DNA of 61,689 nt, counting the filler, from Globobulimina sp. (taxonomy: Eukaryota), in the NCBI GenBank assembly GCA_003354225.1. It is 9 parts of 9 records of this genome, joined end to end, with 100 filler letters (N's around TTAATTAATTAA, not from the genome) between each part and the next. Parts side by side here need not be neighbours in the genome. Positions count along the whole stretch, not along the records: positions 41,252 to 48,002 come from PIVH01000244.1; positions 48,103 to 54,849 come from PIVH01000245.1; positions 54,950 to 61,689 come from PIVH01000246.1; 6 more parts are not named here. One strand, given 5' to 3'. Position numbers and translations under genes: made by a program. The notes beneath the pieces were generated by a model. It did no database searches, was not told the DNA's origin, and saw only the letters and a list, made by a program, of their open reading frames with translations. Positions 47,597-59,343 of the stretch are shown here, in pieces. Every line of letters starts with the position of its first letter. Position 1 is the first letter of the stretch.

Positions 47597-48464
47597 CCAC
47601 CCAAATCTGCCGTTACAAGTGTCAGAGGAACTTTTCGTTGGACTGTGCCACCTATTTTGAGAGATGATATCAATAACTCCCAATATAAATCTACTGTCAC
47701 ATTGGGAACATTTAAAATGACGATGACATTGTCCGATAGTATGTTTAATATATTATTGTATATTTAATATAATTGTAGATAATAATTGTTCATTGTGTTT
47801 GAAATTTAGCAGCGATACAGATGCGGGATTTACGTTAAATCCATTCGAAGATCAGCTGGATAAAACCATATCATATTCTATAAAAGCAATAAGTGCATTA
47901 CCCAAATTATGCACAAGATCATTACCAGTCAGGCAAGATAAAAATATACCATTTACCCGTATTATTGGTTATGCTGAATTCTGTAAGAACGAATATTTTC
48001 ATNNNNNNNNNNNNNNNNNNNNNNNNNNNNNNNNNNNNNNNNNNNNTTAATTAATTAANNNNNNNNNNNNNNNNNNNNNNNNNNNNNNNNNNNNNNNNNN
48101 NNGGCCAAGATCATCCCTACACCAGACTAACTGATAGGCGAAGTCTCAGCTAGAATCTGATCAAATTATATAGGGATTTGGTTCCAAAACCAAATATGCT
48201 AAAATCTCGGGGTCGAGGTACACCAGATCTGATGAGCTCCTAGCACACTGGCTCAGTCGGACCAGCTGAGCTAGAGCTCACACTTGGTGTAAGCGGGGCA
48301 CTGACCTCTCAGAGAGAATGAAACTTCTAATCTACGTATCAATTATCAAAAAAAGAGAATAAAAAGCAATATTAAATAGTAAATAAATGTAAAACAAACA
48401 AACCACGAGCAAAATAAAAAAAAATTAAATAAGCAAATAATTTTCAAATACAATAAAATAAAAT

Positions 48465-48505
48465 AAAATAAAACAAAATAAAACAAAACACAACAAAACA
48501 AAAAG
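48465..48505 (+). repeat. (TAAAA)n/(CAAAA)n microsatellite
   Basis: Visible pentanucleotide run downstream of the RRM gene. Confidence 0.7.
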
Positions 48506-48578
48506 CAGACAACATTGCCCAAATGTCCATGAAAGCAAAATTGACAACAAACCAATTTCTTTTTTTTTTAATATGAAT

Positions 48579-49962
48579 TTATTTTCCGTTTTCAACCGAA
48601 TGCACACTATTATAAAAATATAAATTCATTTGTTCATTATTATTATATCCATATTCATATTGATAATTTATAACATTCATATTATTCATATTAGTCATAT
48701 CAGTCATATTATTATTTGCACAAATCACTCCTTTTTCATTTGAAATATTATTATTATTAATAACTATAATTGGTTGTATTGGCGGTGTTGGTGCCATATT
48801 TTGAAAATTATATTCATTAAAAATGCCATAATCTAAATATTAAAACACAGACAGTATTAAAAGATATTTACAAATAATAAATAATTTAACTTTGTAAATT
48901 GGTGGTAAATATTGGTTGATATGGACTCCATGTTCCATTTAAATGGTTATTATTCGGATTAGGATTATGATTTATTTTAGTTTGCATTCTATTTTTAAAC
49001 ATATTTTTTAATTCTTCCATTTCGGTTTTATTGTCATAAAATCCATCAAATATTGATGATCGAAATGATAATTTATCACATTCTATTTCTTCAATTTCTT
49101 TTTTTGTTTTAATTGGTTTCCATTCGCCTGATTTAACGCTATGATTTTCATCATTTTCCTTACATTGATTTTTTGTTTGAATATAACTTTGTTTTTCTGG
49201 CTCTTTTTTGATTGAAATTAATTTCCACGATTTAGATTTACCAATTTTACCATGTTCATATTGTTTATGATCTGAATAAACAGACACTTTCTTTAAATTA
49301 TGATAATCTTTTTTAATATCATCATTTGGCCAATGTATTCTTTCAATTTGTTTCTTTTTTTTATCATTAATTTCAAATTTTGCAGGTGCAATTTGCTGAA
49401 TATTTGCAGTTCGAAATAAAGATGGATCGGTATAAATACTTATTTTTTTATCATTTTTGATTGATTTATTTTTATCGTTTCTATTTTTTTTTTCTTTTTT
49501 ATTGTTGTTTGTATGGTTATTATTAGCATTTGGCAATGGTTTATGTCCAGAAATACCATGTTTAACATTGAAATGGGCTCTACGTGGTTTTGTATTTGAT
49601 GATGCTAAGACTACGGTCAATTTTAAGCCTTCAAATGTTAATATTGGTAGTGATGAAAGCACCCTTTTTACGGATGATTCATTTGCAAATGTGACCTAAA
49701 TTTGTATTTGTAGATTTGTATTTAATTTGCTGTGGAAAACTAAAAACTTAACAAATCCATAACATCTCGATCGAACCCTAAATCTATCCGGAATAACAAC
49801 AGATTCTCGAATTGCGCCAAAATCAATAAATATATCATATAAATCTTTTGATGAATGTTTTTGTGATAAACCGCCAACAAATAATTTTAATTTGCGTGTA
49901 TCGATTCCTTTTGTGCCACCTATCCCAACGGGGCAAAACACATCGATTTTTATTGATGACAT
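48579..49962 (-). CDS. RRM (Musashi/hnRNP A/RBM38-like) RNA-binding protein, spliced
   Basis: RNP2 KLFVGGL; RNP1 RCYGF|VTF across a GT-AG intron (~49752-49696); N/K-rich low-complexity tail; exact 3' end uncertain. Confidence 0.75.
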
Positions 49963-50242
49963 AGTCGCTTAGAAATTGGATGGTCAATCTAAAAGAAAGG
50001 AGAGACAATGGCTGAGTACAAGTTGATGAAAGTGTGTGATTTAACAAAAAAGGGTTTTCTTAGTTAGTAGTACTTAGTTCAAGAAATATAACTTTCCTGT
50101 TTGTTTTATTTCGAATCAATTCAAGAACAAGAAGTGTTATTTTAGAGTGTTATAAAATGAATTTTGTTGCTTTGAATGGAATATTCCTTCTGACTGGTTG
50201 ACAATGATGGAAATATTAAATAATATTTGTACGGGCTGACTT

Positions 50243-51310
50243 TTATAATTTAGTTAAAGTGCCGTCGATATCCAGAAGTAGTTCATTAGATTGCTTAGCA
50301 CTCTCTGACTTATCGGAATTTTTATCATTGCATTGCCCTTCAGTCTGCATAACATTTACAATGTCATCAACAATCACAGTCTGAACCATTTCTGAATTAT
50401 CCAACATATCGCGAAATTTTTCAGGTTGCCAATGACAAACAATCGAATTCTTTCTTGGTCTCGACATAACCGATTTATTTTTCAATTCGTTATTTATCAG
50501 CACATTCCCCTTTGCTTTCCTATGATTAACACATCTGCGCATTTGTTGCAATCTGTATATCTTTGCCTTTCGTGAATTCCAAAACAAAATCATTAAAAGT
50601 AGTACGCAAACAACTGAAAGCACCACAATTGTCACTATAAATTTATTCTGATTACTCTTAAGATCCGCGAGACTCTTTGACAATTCTTCAATTTGCACCT
50701 CATGCTTAATTTGCTTCTCTTTGACAGTTTGGTTAAATTTATTATGTTTACTCTTAAGATTCGCGAGGCTCTTTGACAACTCTTCAAATTGCTTCTCAGT
50801 TTGGTTCAATGTTAAATACAAATTATTCAATTCGTTTTTGAATTCAAATAGATCCGTTTTGTTAATTGTGACATAATCATCAATATTTGCACGCGATACG
50901 CTATTTTGAGTAATCCCGTCGATCAACATCAAATCAGACAAATTATTTAGTGTAAAATGTTCCGCGTCTATAACGTCATTTTGTATGTGTAACTGAGCTA
51001 TGTCTAGATTTTGAGAATAATTGCCTTTTAATAATGAACCTAAGTTATTGGCTAGAAATGACCATTCAAAAAAATTGGTTTCATTTGTTGATAGCAATTC
51101 GATTGAAAAATGAATATCTTTTGTTGCGTGTTTATAGATCTTTTGCTGTGTATTCATAGTGGAGTATCTATCGTTTCTTGTTGGTAGATAATACCAGCCA
51201 TTAAATTCCGGATTGTAGCGACAAATAATCCAATAATAATCATCCGATACACAACATAAGATAGTCAAAGTAACAATGAATAGTGTTAACATTGCTTTGA
51301 GGAACAACAT
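50243..51310 (-). CDS. Type I membrane protein with coiled-coil stalk
   Basis: Signal peptide; duplicated EELSKSLA(N/D)LKS..NKF; TM IVTIVVLSVVCVLLLMILFW. Confidence 0.7.
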   Translation of the reverse strand: MLFLKAMLTLFIVTLTILCCVSDDYYWIICRYNPEFNGWYYLPTRNDRYSTMNTQQKIYKHATKDIHFSIELLSTNETNFFEWSFLANNLGSLLKGNYSQNLDIAQLHIQNDVIDAEHFTLNNLSDLMLIDGITQNSVSRANIDDYVTINKTDLFEFKNELNNLYLTLNQTEKQFEELSKSLANLKSKHNKFNQTVKEKQIKHEVQIEELSKSLADLKSNQNKFIVTIVVLSVVCVLLLMILFWNSRKAKIYRLQQMRRCVNHRKAKGNVLINNELKNKSVMSRPRKNSIVCHWQPEKFRDMLDNSEMVQTVIVDDIVNVMQTEGQCNDKNSDKSESAKQSNELLLDIDGTLTKL

Positions 51311-51445
51311 CTTGATCTACGTCTGTTGGGTCTACCAAGCAAACATTTTTAAAAACTTTAGCAACAAAAAACACCACTTCACTTTCTCCAATCCTTCTCT
51401 TATCCTTAGTTTATCACCAAAAAGACACCCAGCAAAGTAGCAACA

Positions 51446-52628
51446 ATGAAAGCAATCGTAGCATTATTAGGCTTAGCAGCAGCGTGGGAGAGAGAATTCA
51501 CATTAGAAGATGTGAGAAAGATTGATGCATTACCATTATTTGCACGGTGGGTTGATGCATTTGATCGTGTTTATGATAACACCGTAGACGAATCGAGCCG
51601 TTTCATGACCTTCTTAGATAATTTATATATTATCGCAGAGACCAATTCCCGAGATTTAGGTTATACATTCGCATTAAATCAATTCTCAGATATGACTGCT
51701 GATGAATTTAAACATTATGTACACGGCGATGAAGGTTCATGTTTCCGTCAAGGTGAATATGAGGCAGACCATTTAATGGTTGTTGGTGAGACCTTCGATG
51801 AAGAGGCTGTGCCAGCTCCAGCCTCCGTAGATTGGACTACCAAAGGTGTCGTAACACCCGTTAAAAATCAAGGACAATGTGGTATGTACACTTGTATTGT
51901 TTTTTTTATATCGGATTACGCGCAAAATCGCATATATATAATATTTATATATTTTTAAGGTTCGTGCTGGGCATTTAGTGCAACGGGAGCCATTGAGTGT
52001 CAGTATGCCATTAAAAATGGAAAATTAAACTCGTTATCGGAGCAACAATTGGTTGATTGTGCAGGTTCTTCGTACGGCTGTAATGGTTGTAATGGTGGAC
52101 AGATGACCGGAGCCATGAGATATTCTGCAGCTGCTGGTGGATTATGTAGTGAATCTGCGTATAGATATACAGCCAAAGGTGGTTCATGTAAATCCTCATC
52201 ATGCGGTACCAAATATGATCATAATAAGGGTGTATCCGCCGTAACCAAAAATAATGAGAACGCATTAACGACCGCAACCGCAGCTGGCTGTATCTCCATT
52301 GGTATTGAAGCAGATCAGACCGCCTTTCAGCATTATTCGGGTGGAGTGCTAACCGGTACCTGTGGCACCCGCATCGACCATGGTGTGTTGATAGTTGGTT
52401 ATGGTACCAGTGGAAGTCAACAATATTGGAAAGTTAAAAATTCGTGGGGTTCATCATGGTATGTTTTGTAATTTGTATGTAACGCAAATTCGCATATATA
52501 TTTTGGCATATTTATTTATTATACATAGGGGAATGAATGGATATATTTTAATTTGCAAAGCTTGCGGTAAAAATGGTAGTGCCGGTGAATGTGGTATTAA
52601 TTCGCAACCAAATATTCCAACATTTTAA
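51446..52628 (+). CDS. Papain-family (C1A) cathepsin L-like cysteine protease (exons 51446-51881, 51960-52458, 52529-52628)
   Basis: I29 prodomain (RF..F.DN, NQFSDMT); VDW...GVVTPVKNQGQCG|SCWAFS; LSEQQLVDC; DHGVLIVGYG; YWKVKNSWG. Confidence 0.95.
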
Positions 52629-52847
52629 ATTTAATAACTTATTTTCTATTAAATTATTTTCTTTTTTGTACTATGTCTTTTTAAGTATTATATTAATTTG
52701 CTATAAATAATCCAACGGACGAAATCTAATTACCATCGTTTTCCTTCACAAACGTGTTTCTGTTGCTATTGTTCCGCGTGTTGCTGCAGCTGCAAACAAA
52801 CTTTGTTTGAAACTCCGCTGTTTTTTTTTACCTCGCTAGTACTTGCC

Positions 52848-54779
52848 ATGATGGAAAAGGAAGTCACAGAAACCATTTTGATGGATGAATGGAATCATGG
52901 TATGTCATTTCTTTCGTTATAATTTAGCCACCATTATCCTCTAAACAATCAGGAATTAAATTACAAAGATCAATGGTCAATGACCGTAATTATCCGAAAC
53001 TTGATACACCAAATGCGGTGTTTGAAAGTTCCAATTCTTCAAATAACTTCAATGGATTGCCGTTAACTCCTGGCGTTGTTACGGAACACGAGTCACCACA
53101 CACACCGTACATTAATGGCAAACAAGGTATGATAGAATCAGTTTTTGTCCAACACTTCTTATTAAAACAATTAATGCATGCAACCCGCAATTTTATTGTT
53201 ACACAACAGAAACAGATAAAAATTCACAAAATCCGATGCAATCCACAACCATAGCGATTGAAGGTGAAAATCCAAAACAAGCTAAAAATGATGACATTCA
53301 ACTACTGACATCCAATGACATTATTATTATTTCTGGCGCGACATTGTTATTATCCGTATTGGCGGGAATCATTTTACTTTTATTAATTTATACTTTTCAA
53401 CTTATCGAAAATGCACAGACTATATTTTCGTTGATTATCATTGTAATCGCATTTATTTTTGCATTTATTATCATCGCGATTTGTGTTAAACTCAATTCCA
53501 ATTTTTCAGAAACAAAACAGTATTTACTTGAAGAGAGAGAAAGAAATCGCGAACGAGAAAGACAAAAACAGAGAAACGAAAAGAAGCGATATCATACACA
53601 TCATAAACGGCACAGAAACAGCAATCGAATACGGACCTGGTCCAAAGGTGATTTATTGGGATGTGGTTCTTTCGGGAAAGTGTATATGGCGTTGGATCAT
53701 AATTCGTTACAAATGTTTGTGGTAAAACAAGTTGAATTAATTAAAGACAACACGGGGAACAATATATTTATTGAAAATATCAAATCAATACAAAATGAGA
53801 TACGCACATTGAGCAAGTTGTCGCATCCAAATATTGTCCGCTATTTAGGCTCATCCTCAACAAAAAACCATTTGAATATATTTTTAGAATATATGTCAGG
53901 TGGCTCTATTGCGCAAATGTTAAATATGTTTGGTCCGTTTGATGTGAAGTTAATCAAATCGTATACAATGCAAATATTAAATGGTTTATCCTTTTTACAT
54001 TCGCAAAACATTATACATCGTGATATTAAAGGTAGCAACATTTTAGTTAATCCGGATGGATGTTTAAAATTGGCAGACTTTGGTGTTTGTTGTTCGTTTG
54101 ATCAGCAATTATCAACATTGCCATCATCGTTACATGGCACTGTGCATTGGTATGTATATTTATTTTGTGTATCATATGTTTTTTCAATTTATTTTTGTAA
54201 CAATCAAAATAAATAAGGATGGCGCCAGAGGTTATCCACCAACATAAATATGATTATAAAGCCGATATCTATTCATTGGGGATTACTATTTTAGAAATGA
54301 TTAATGGCCATCCACCGCATTATAATAAAGATGCTATTTCTGTCATGTTTTTAATTATGAATAATAAAGAAACGGATCCGGACAAAGAAGATGAAAAAGA
54401 AAACGATTATATTTACGGTGGCATACAAATACCAAATAATTTAGGGAAATATGGTGCAACTTTGGTGAAGCAGTGTTTACAAAGAAATCCGAAATTAAGA
54501 CCGTCGTCGAAAGAATTGTTAGAGAATCATCCGTTTTTATATCTTTTTGATGATATATTTGAAAGTGACGAAGAACACAGTGATTATTCCAATGATAATG
54601 ACAATTGCAACCAACACAAAGCTGAACCAAAGAATAATAAACTAAAATGTATAAATGACGTGAAGCAAATTGTTGAAAAGAAAGTTGAATATCACAACAA
54701 AGTAAGAAATGAATTATTGAATCGGAAATATAAAAGAGATATTTACAAAAAGACACAAAAAAATAAAAATAAAAAATGA
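52848..54779 (+). CDS. STE11/MEKK-like MAP3K Ser/Thr kinase with two N-terminal TM helices (spliced)
   Basis: WSKGDLLGCGSFGKVY, VVKQV, HPNIVRYLG, HRDIKGSN, DFG, GTVHW|MAPE, ADIYSLG; hydrophobic segments at ~53317-53485. Confidence 0.88.
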
Positions 54780-55406
54780 CTGCTTTCAATCAGTTGTTTC
54801 AATTATTAAGACTTAAATTTTCTTGAATTGTGAGTTTGTGTAAACTGTTNNNNNNNNNNNNNNNNNNNNNNNNNNNNNNNNNNNNNNNNNNNNTTAATTA
54901 ATTAANNNNNNNNNNNNNNNNNNNNNNNNNNNNNNNNNNNNNNNNNNNNTTTTTGTTTTTTGTTGCCTAAAAAACACTTTTTTCCATACATATAAATTAC
55001 CCAAACCAATAGCTCCACAGCATAACAACATGACACATAAATAAATGAATCCTGTCAATTTGTTTATATAATGTTAAAAAATGTTTCAATTTAAACTTTA
55101 ATATGGCACATATAAACACACCGGTAATACCCAATAGCAGTATTGGCATAGAATTCAAAACATCATTCTGTGATAATATTTTTAGGTTTGATAAATGATA
55201 TTATAGTAATTATACAATTCATACCATAACCATTCCATTTCCAGACATGGTCACCACTAGCTAGATACTCAAGTGTTTTGACTGAAAAACTGCTAAAGTT
55301 GGGAAAGTATTCAGATTTTGGGTCTCCGTTGACTCACAATTTATCGATCTACATGTATTAATTTACAGCATATTTAGCTCAACACATAATGATGCACTAC
55401 ATGCAA

Positions 55407-56249
55407 TTACCACATTGCAACCACTGTATCAGCAGTAATTAAAGTGCCTGAATCTTTGCCAGTCGGTGTCCGTAATCCCAATCCAAACAATGAACTTTTC
55501 CATTCTTTTAAAGTTTTTTTTGGTTCATTATCTTCATCAATAGCTCCAGTTTTATAATTAATACACGTTACGTTTAAACATCCGCCATGCCATACATTCC
55601 TATCACATATAAATGTCGATTCGTCCAATTTTAAAAACTTAATTGTTTCCTCCTCAAAAGGTTTGATTCCCGACAATAAAACATTTGGTCTAAATCTTAA
55701 ATAGTCATATTTTAATACACCGTGTTGTTTTAATATCTTTTCATTCAATGATTGTATCGATTCTTTAAACACAATTAATAGTGGATGACTATCCCATGAC
55801 TGTGTTTTTGATTCGTTTCTTTTCAATCTACACTCAATTCCAATAAAATCAGTGAATAATTTTGCGACTTCATCACCGCAATCACCATCCATTGAATTTG
55901 GATTTGAAGTCAATGGGACTTTACATTGCTTATTGTCAATATTTATAATCAAATCTGTTTTACCCAATGATGGTTTTATTAATGCCAATCGTGGATATTG
56001 TCTTTGAGTCAATTTTTTGTTGGTTTTAGCATTTATAACAGTCCATGTCCGATCATACGTAAGTCCTTGTTTTGTAAAACAAAATGAATCATTTTTTTCG
56101 TCCATTATTATTGGCGCACACGATTTAATTGGATAGGTACAAATTGAATCGATTCTTAATAACGCTGTTTTACGCACTGCTGTATCATTTCTGCTTAATG
56201 CGTCGTCTATAAATGCAATTAATTGATCTACTTTTGCCAAAGCTGACAT
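55407..56249 (-). CDS. MOSC-domain protein (mARC/YcbX-like)
   Basis: YPIKSC, GLTYDRTW, TQRQYPRLALI, LRFRPNV; intronless. Confidence 0.88.
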   Translation of the reverse strand: MSALAKVDQLIAFIDDALSRNDTAVRKTALLRIDSICTYPIKSCAPIIMDEKNDSFCFTKQGLTYDRTWTVINAKTNKKLTQRQYPRLALIKPSLGKTDLIINIDNKQCKVPLTSNPNSMDGDCGDEVAKLFTDFIGIECRLKRNESKTQSWDSHPLLIVFKESIQSLNEKILKQHGVLKYDYLRFRPNVLLSGIKPFEEETIKFLKLDESTFICDRNVWHGGCLNVTCINYKTGAIDEDNEPKKTLKEWKSSLFGLGLRTPTGKDSGTLITADTVVAMW

Positions 56250-56369
56250 GTTGAAGTTGATTAAGTAGAGAAAACTTGGACGTATTTGTCTATGCGGACT
56301 TTTTTGCGAAATATGCAGAGAAACGAACTATTATATACAAAAAAAACAATACAGTATCTGATATATAGT

Positions 56370-56909
56370 TTATGACCGAATATGGCAATGATCAGCATCT
56401 TCAAACTCAGTCTGTGCTAAAGCCTGTTGTCCCGAAGCCGCAAATGTTTGCATTAATTGTGTCTGTCGATAAAATAAGAAGCGGCCAGAACAATATCCAC
56501 AGACAATGACTAACATCAATCCGGCATTAAATGTCATTACAATGAGCATCAAGGAATAGCCTAAAATCAAGGAGATTCCATACAAAATACAATCAACGAT
56601 TCTTAATTTTAAGGGAACAGATTTATGATAATTGGCATTCTTTTGTTGAGGAATCAATTTCGCTGTGGAGACACCCGATATTTTGTCTAATCTTCTTCGG
56701 AATGTAGGGAAGAATGGCACAGTCTTTCCAGATAAAGTCACAATTTCATAATACTTTGCCACATAAAGAATAAACTCCCGCATAATACATAAAATAAATA
56801 ATGCCAAACAGGTTAAAATATAACTAAAAGTTTCATTAATTTTCCATTTTTCAAATAAGACACAATCACCAGTTGACCAATGAAAATACGTTATCATATC
56901 ACACGACAT
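56370..56909 (-). CDS. Ctr/SLC31 copper transporter
   Basis: MSCDMITYFHW...VLFEKW; GYSLMLIVMTFNAG (MxxxM); C-terminal HCH. Confidence 0.9.
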   Translation of the reverse strand: MSCDMITYFHWSTGDCVLFEKWKINETFSYILTCLALFILCIMREFILYVAKYYEIVTLSGKTVPFFPTFRRRLDKISGVSTAKLIPQQKNANYHKSVPLKLRIVDCILYGISLILGYSLMLIVMTFNAGLMLVIVCGYCSGRFLFYRQTQLMQTFAASGQQALAQTEFEDADHCHIRS

Positions 56910-57077
56910 AATTACTTCCGATTCTGTCTTATTAAAGTGAGCTTTTTGCTTCAATAAATATAAAAAAAAATCAATTTATTTTCTTAATTAGTTTTCGCTA
57001 TTATTGAGCATCAGTTTTGCCATTGTTTTTAAATTAGAGACGCAAAAAACCTCACTTTAAAACTTTAAGCAGATGAA

Positions 57078-58579
57078 ATGAATGATTTTGAAAAAACACA
57101 AATAATTGAATTAAAACAAAATATTAACGATGAACAATCGATAATTGAACAAATTGAACTTTTGATTGATGCGTTGATTTCCACCGAAACTGAAATTACG
57201 AATCGCTTTTCATTTTATAGTAACATTGGTTCCGGAATCAAAATTGAAGCAAATTGGATTCCACATTTATCAAAACATCCGAAACTGTACAAAGCCACAT
57301 TATTTGCCCAAAAAACAGTGATCCAACGTTTTATCGATGAATTAAAAATCATGGAATTCTTATTCATCCGACATAAATTTGAGTATTGTAACGAAATTCA
57401 ACCACTTTGGATAAATTATCACAAAATCCAACGAGTGCACCACCCAATATTTTTGACTGCAAAATTTAAGATTATTCAAACAAAACAGAATTCAGAACAA
57501 ATTATCAAACACATTTCCTTTCAATACATTTCCACAATGATTCTTTACTTAAACTCAGACGCAAACGATGAATACTCCATATTTGTAGACTCCGCATTGT
57601 TTCTACAAAACAATTCCGATAACTTTTTATTTTTGCAAAAGTACCGCAAAGATTTTGTGTCGAAAAACATTGAAATTAATGGAAAAGCAGTAATCCATCA
57701 TACTGTCCACCATGAAACGTTTGAATTCGATTCACTCAAAATCTGTGCTGATGGAATATTGACTGTACGGAAATGGCTCGAATATACGTGTTTGAATGGT
57801 TCGCTTCAGATCTACTCTGAAAATGATATCGTCATTGAACAGAATGGGCGGATTTCTGTGATGGGAAAAGGATATTATTGGCCTCACGGATTTGGGCGAG
57901 GCAAACCGGACCGTGCAGCTTCTTCAGATGTTTATTTTGGAGGTGGTGGCTATGGAACTGGCGGACAAAGAGGCCACAGAACTGGAGCTGGAGGGAAAGT
58001 TTATGGAGAACCAGAATTGAAACGTTTATGGTTTGGTTCGCCTGGAGATAAGGAAGGAGGGGGGATTCTAGAATTAATTTCGAAAGGGAATATTATTAAT
58101 TATGGCAAGATTGATGCGCGGGGTTTGGCGTTTGGAGGAGGTTCCGGTGGCTCTTTGAAACTGCTTTGTAAAACGTTACGAAATGAAGGTGAAATTTTGG
58201 CAGAGGGTGAGATTTCGCCTGATCATGGCAATGGTGGTGAGGGTCGGATTGTAATCATGTGCGAGAATATGGAAATAATGGTGTTGTGAAACCGGCTCCA
58301 AATTTGAAAATTATTGACGATGTTAATGATGTTATTAGCGATGGGAATAAATTTACAGTTGTTGCTGATGAATATTATGAGAAAAGGAAAGACGAATTTG
58401 CGCAAAGACAAGTTAGTGAGAAAGAAAAGTTGGAGAAGATGTTGGTAGATAGGAAAGTTAGAGAAGAGGAGGAAAAAAGGAGACATTTTTTGCAATTACA
58501 AGACGCAAAAGATGAAGAAATCAAAGAAGATAAAACAGAAATATTGGAAGATCGAAAGAAATGTTGTGTTGTACTATGA
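57078..58579 (+). CDS. Gly-rich beta-repeat protein with C-terminal CaaX, interrupted by a 1-nt frameshift at ~58273-58275
   Basis: GGGGYGT.G, GGGILEL, GGGSGGSL, GNGGEGRI motifs; one added A joins the ORFs (ENMENNGVVKPAP); ends KKCCVVL. Confidence 0.6.
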
Positions 58580-58743
58580 TTATAGTATACATTTGTTATA
58601 ACAAACACAATATAAAGTTTTACAAACCCGACATGAAACCATAGAGCAAACCAGACAAGTCTGTTGCTTCTAGATGGCGGATGGGAAGATGTTGAAAACC
58701 TACACTTACTCTCTTCTTCCATAGCATCAAATCACTTGCAAGC

Positions 58744-59091
58744 ATGGGTTGTGTTAGCTCAATAAATTACAGACGTCGACATATTGAAGTATATAATATA
58801 AACAATGGAGACCAAATTACCATTTTAACAAAATGCATCAAAGGACAGGAAGATGCGGAGAATCATGATCTATGTCAACACGATGTAAATATCAAATTAT
58901 TTGAGGAATGTAACTATAATAATTTTAGACTGAATGGTGCCGAAATTTATAGATTTTTTGAATCCAGAAATTCAGGAATACCGCGACATTTCTTGCAATA
59001 TGAGGGTATTTTAGATCAATTTCAAGAACCTTCTGAATTTTCCACTGATACTGTTTCATTCAATATATATGACATTGTCAAGCGTGTTTGA
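58744..59091 (+). CDS. Small protein with MGCxxS dual-acylation motif
   Basis: MGCVSS N-terminus; 115-aa ORF. Confidence 0.5.
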   Translation: MGCVSSINYRRRHIEVYNINNGDQITILTKCIKGQEDAENHDLCQHDVNIKLFEECNYNNFRLNGAEIYRFFESRNSGIPRHFLQYEGILDQFQEPSEFSTDTVSFNIYDIVKRV

Positions 59092-59343
59092 TAATTATTT
59101 TGTTTGTTATTTTTTCTATTTATTTTTTCTTCTGTTTTATACGTTGAGTCACTTGAGTGTTAATTTTCAATTATTTTTTTTATCAATATTAAATCTTATT
59201 TTTTTGACGCAAACCTGAACCAAATACGATCGATGTGTATTACAAAAGCAATCTGTGTCATGATAGTCATAAGGTTGTTATATAAATTATACTTTACTTG
59301 AAAGGTTTTCACAGGGAAAACTCTCTAACTTCACTTGACAATT

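Noticed and set aside
48229-48325. Hammerhead ribozyme (CTGATGAG ... GAAAC)
   Set aside because: The stem after CTGATGA closes onto TCACAC rather than GAAA; the later GAAAC is not positioned to complete the core.
6791-54949. Regularly spaced TTAATTAATTAA motifs as a biological repeat or array
   Set aside because: They are artificial 100-nt spacers between length-sorted contigs.
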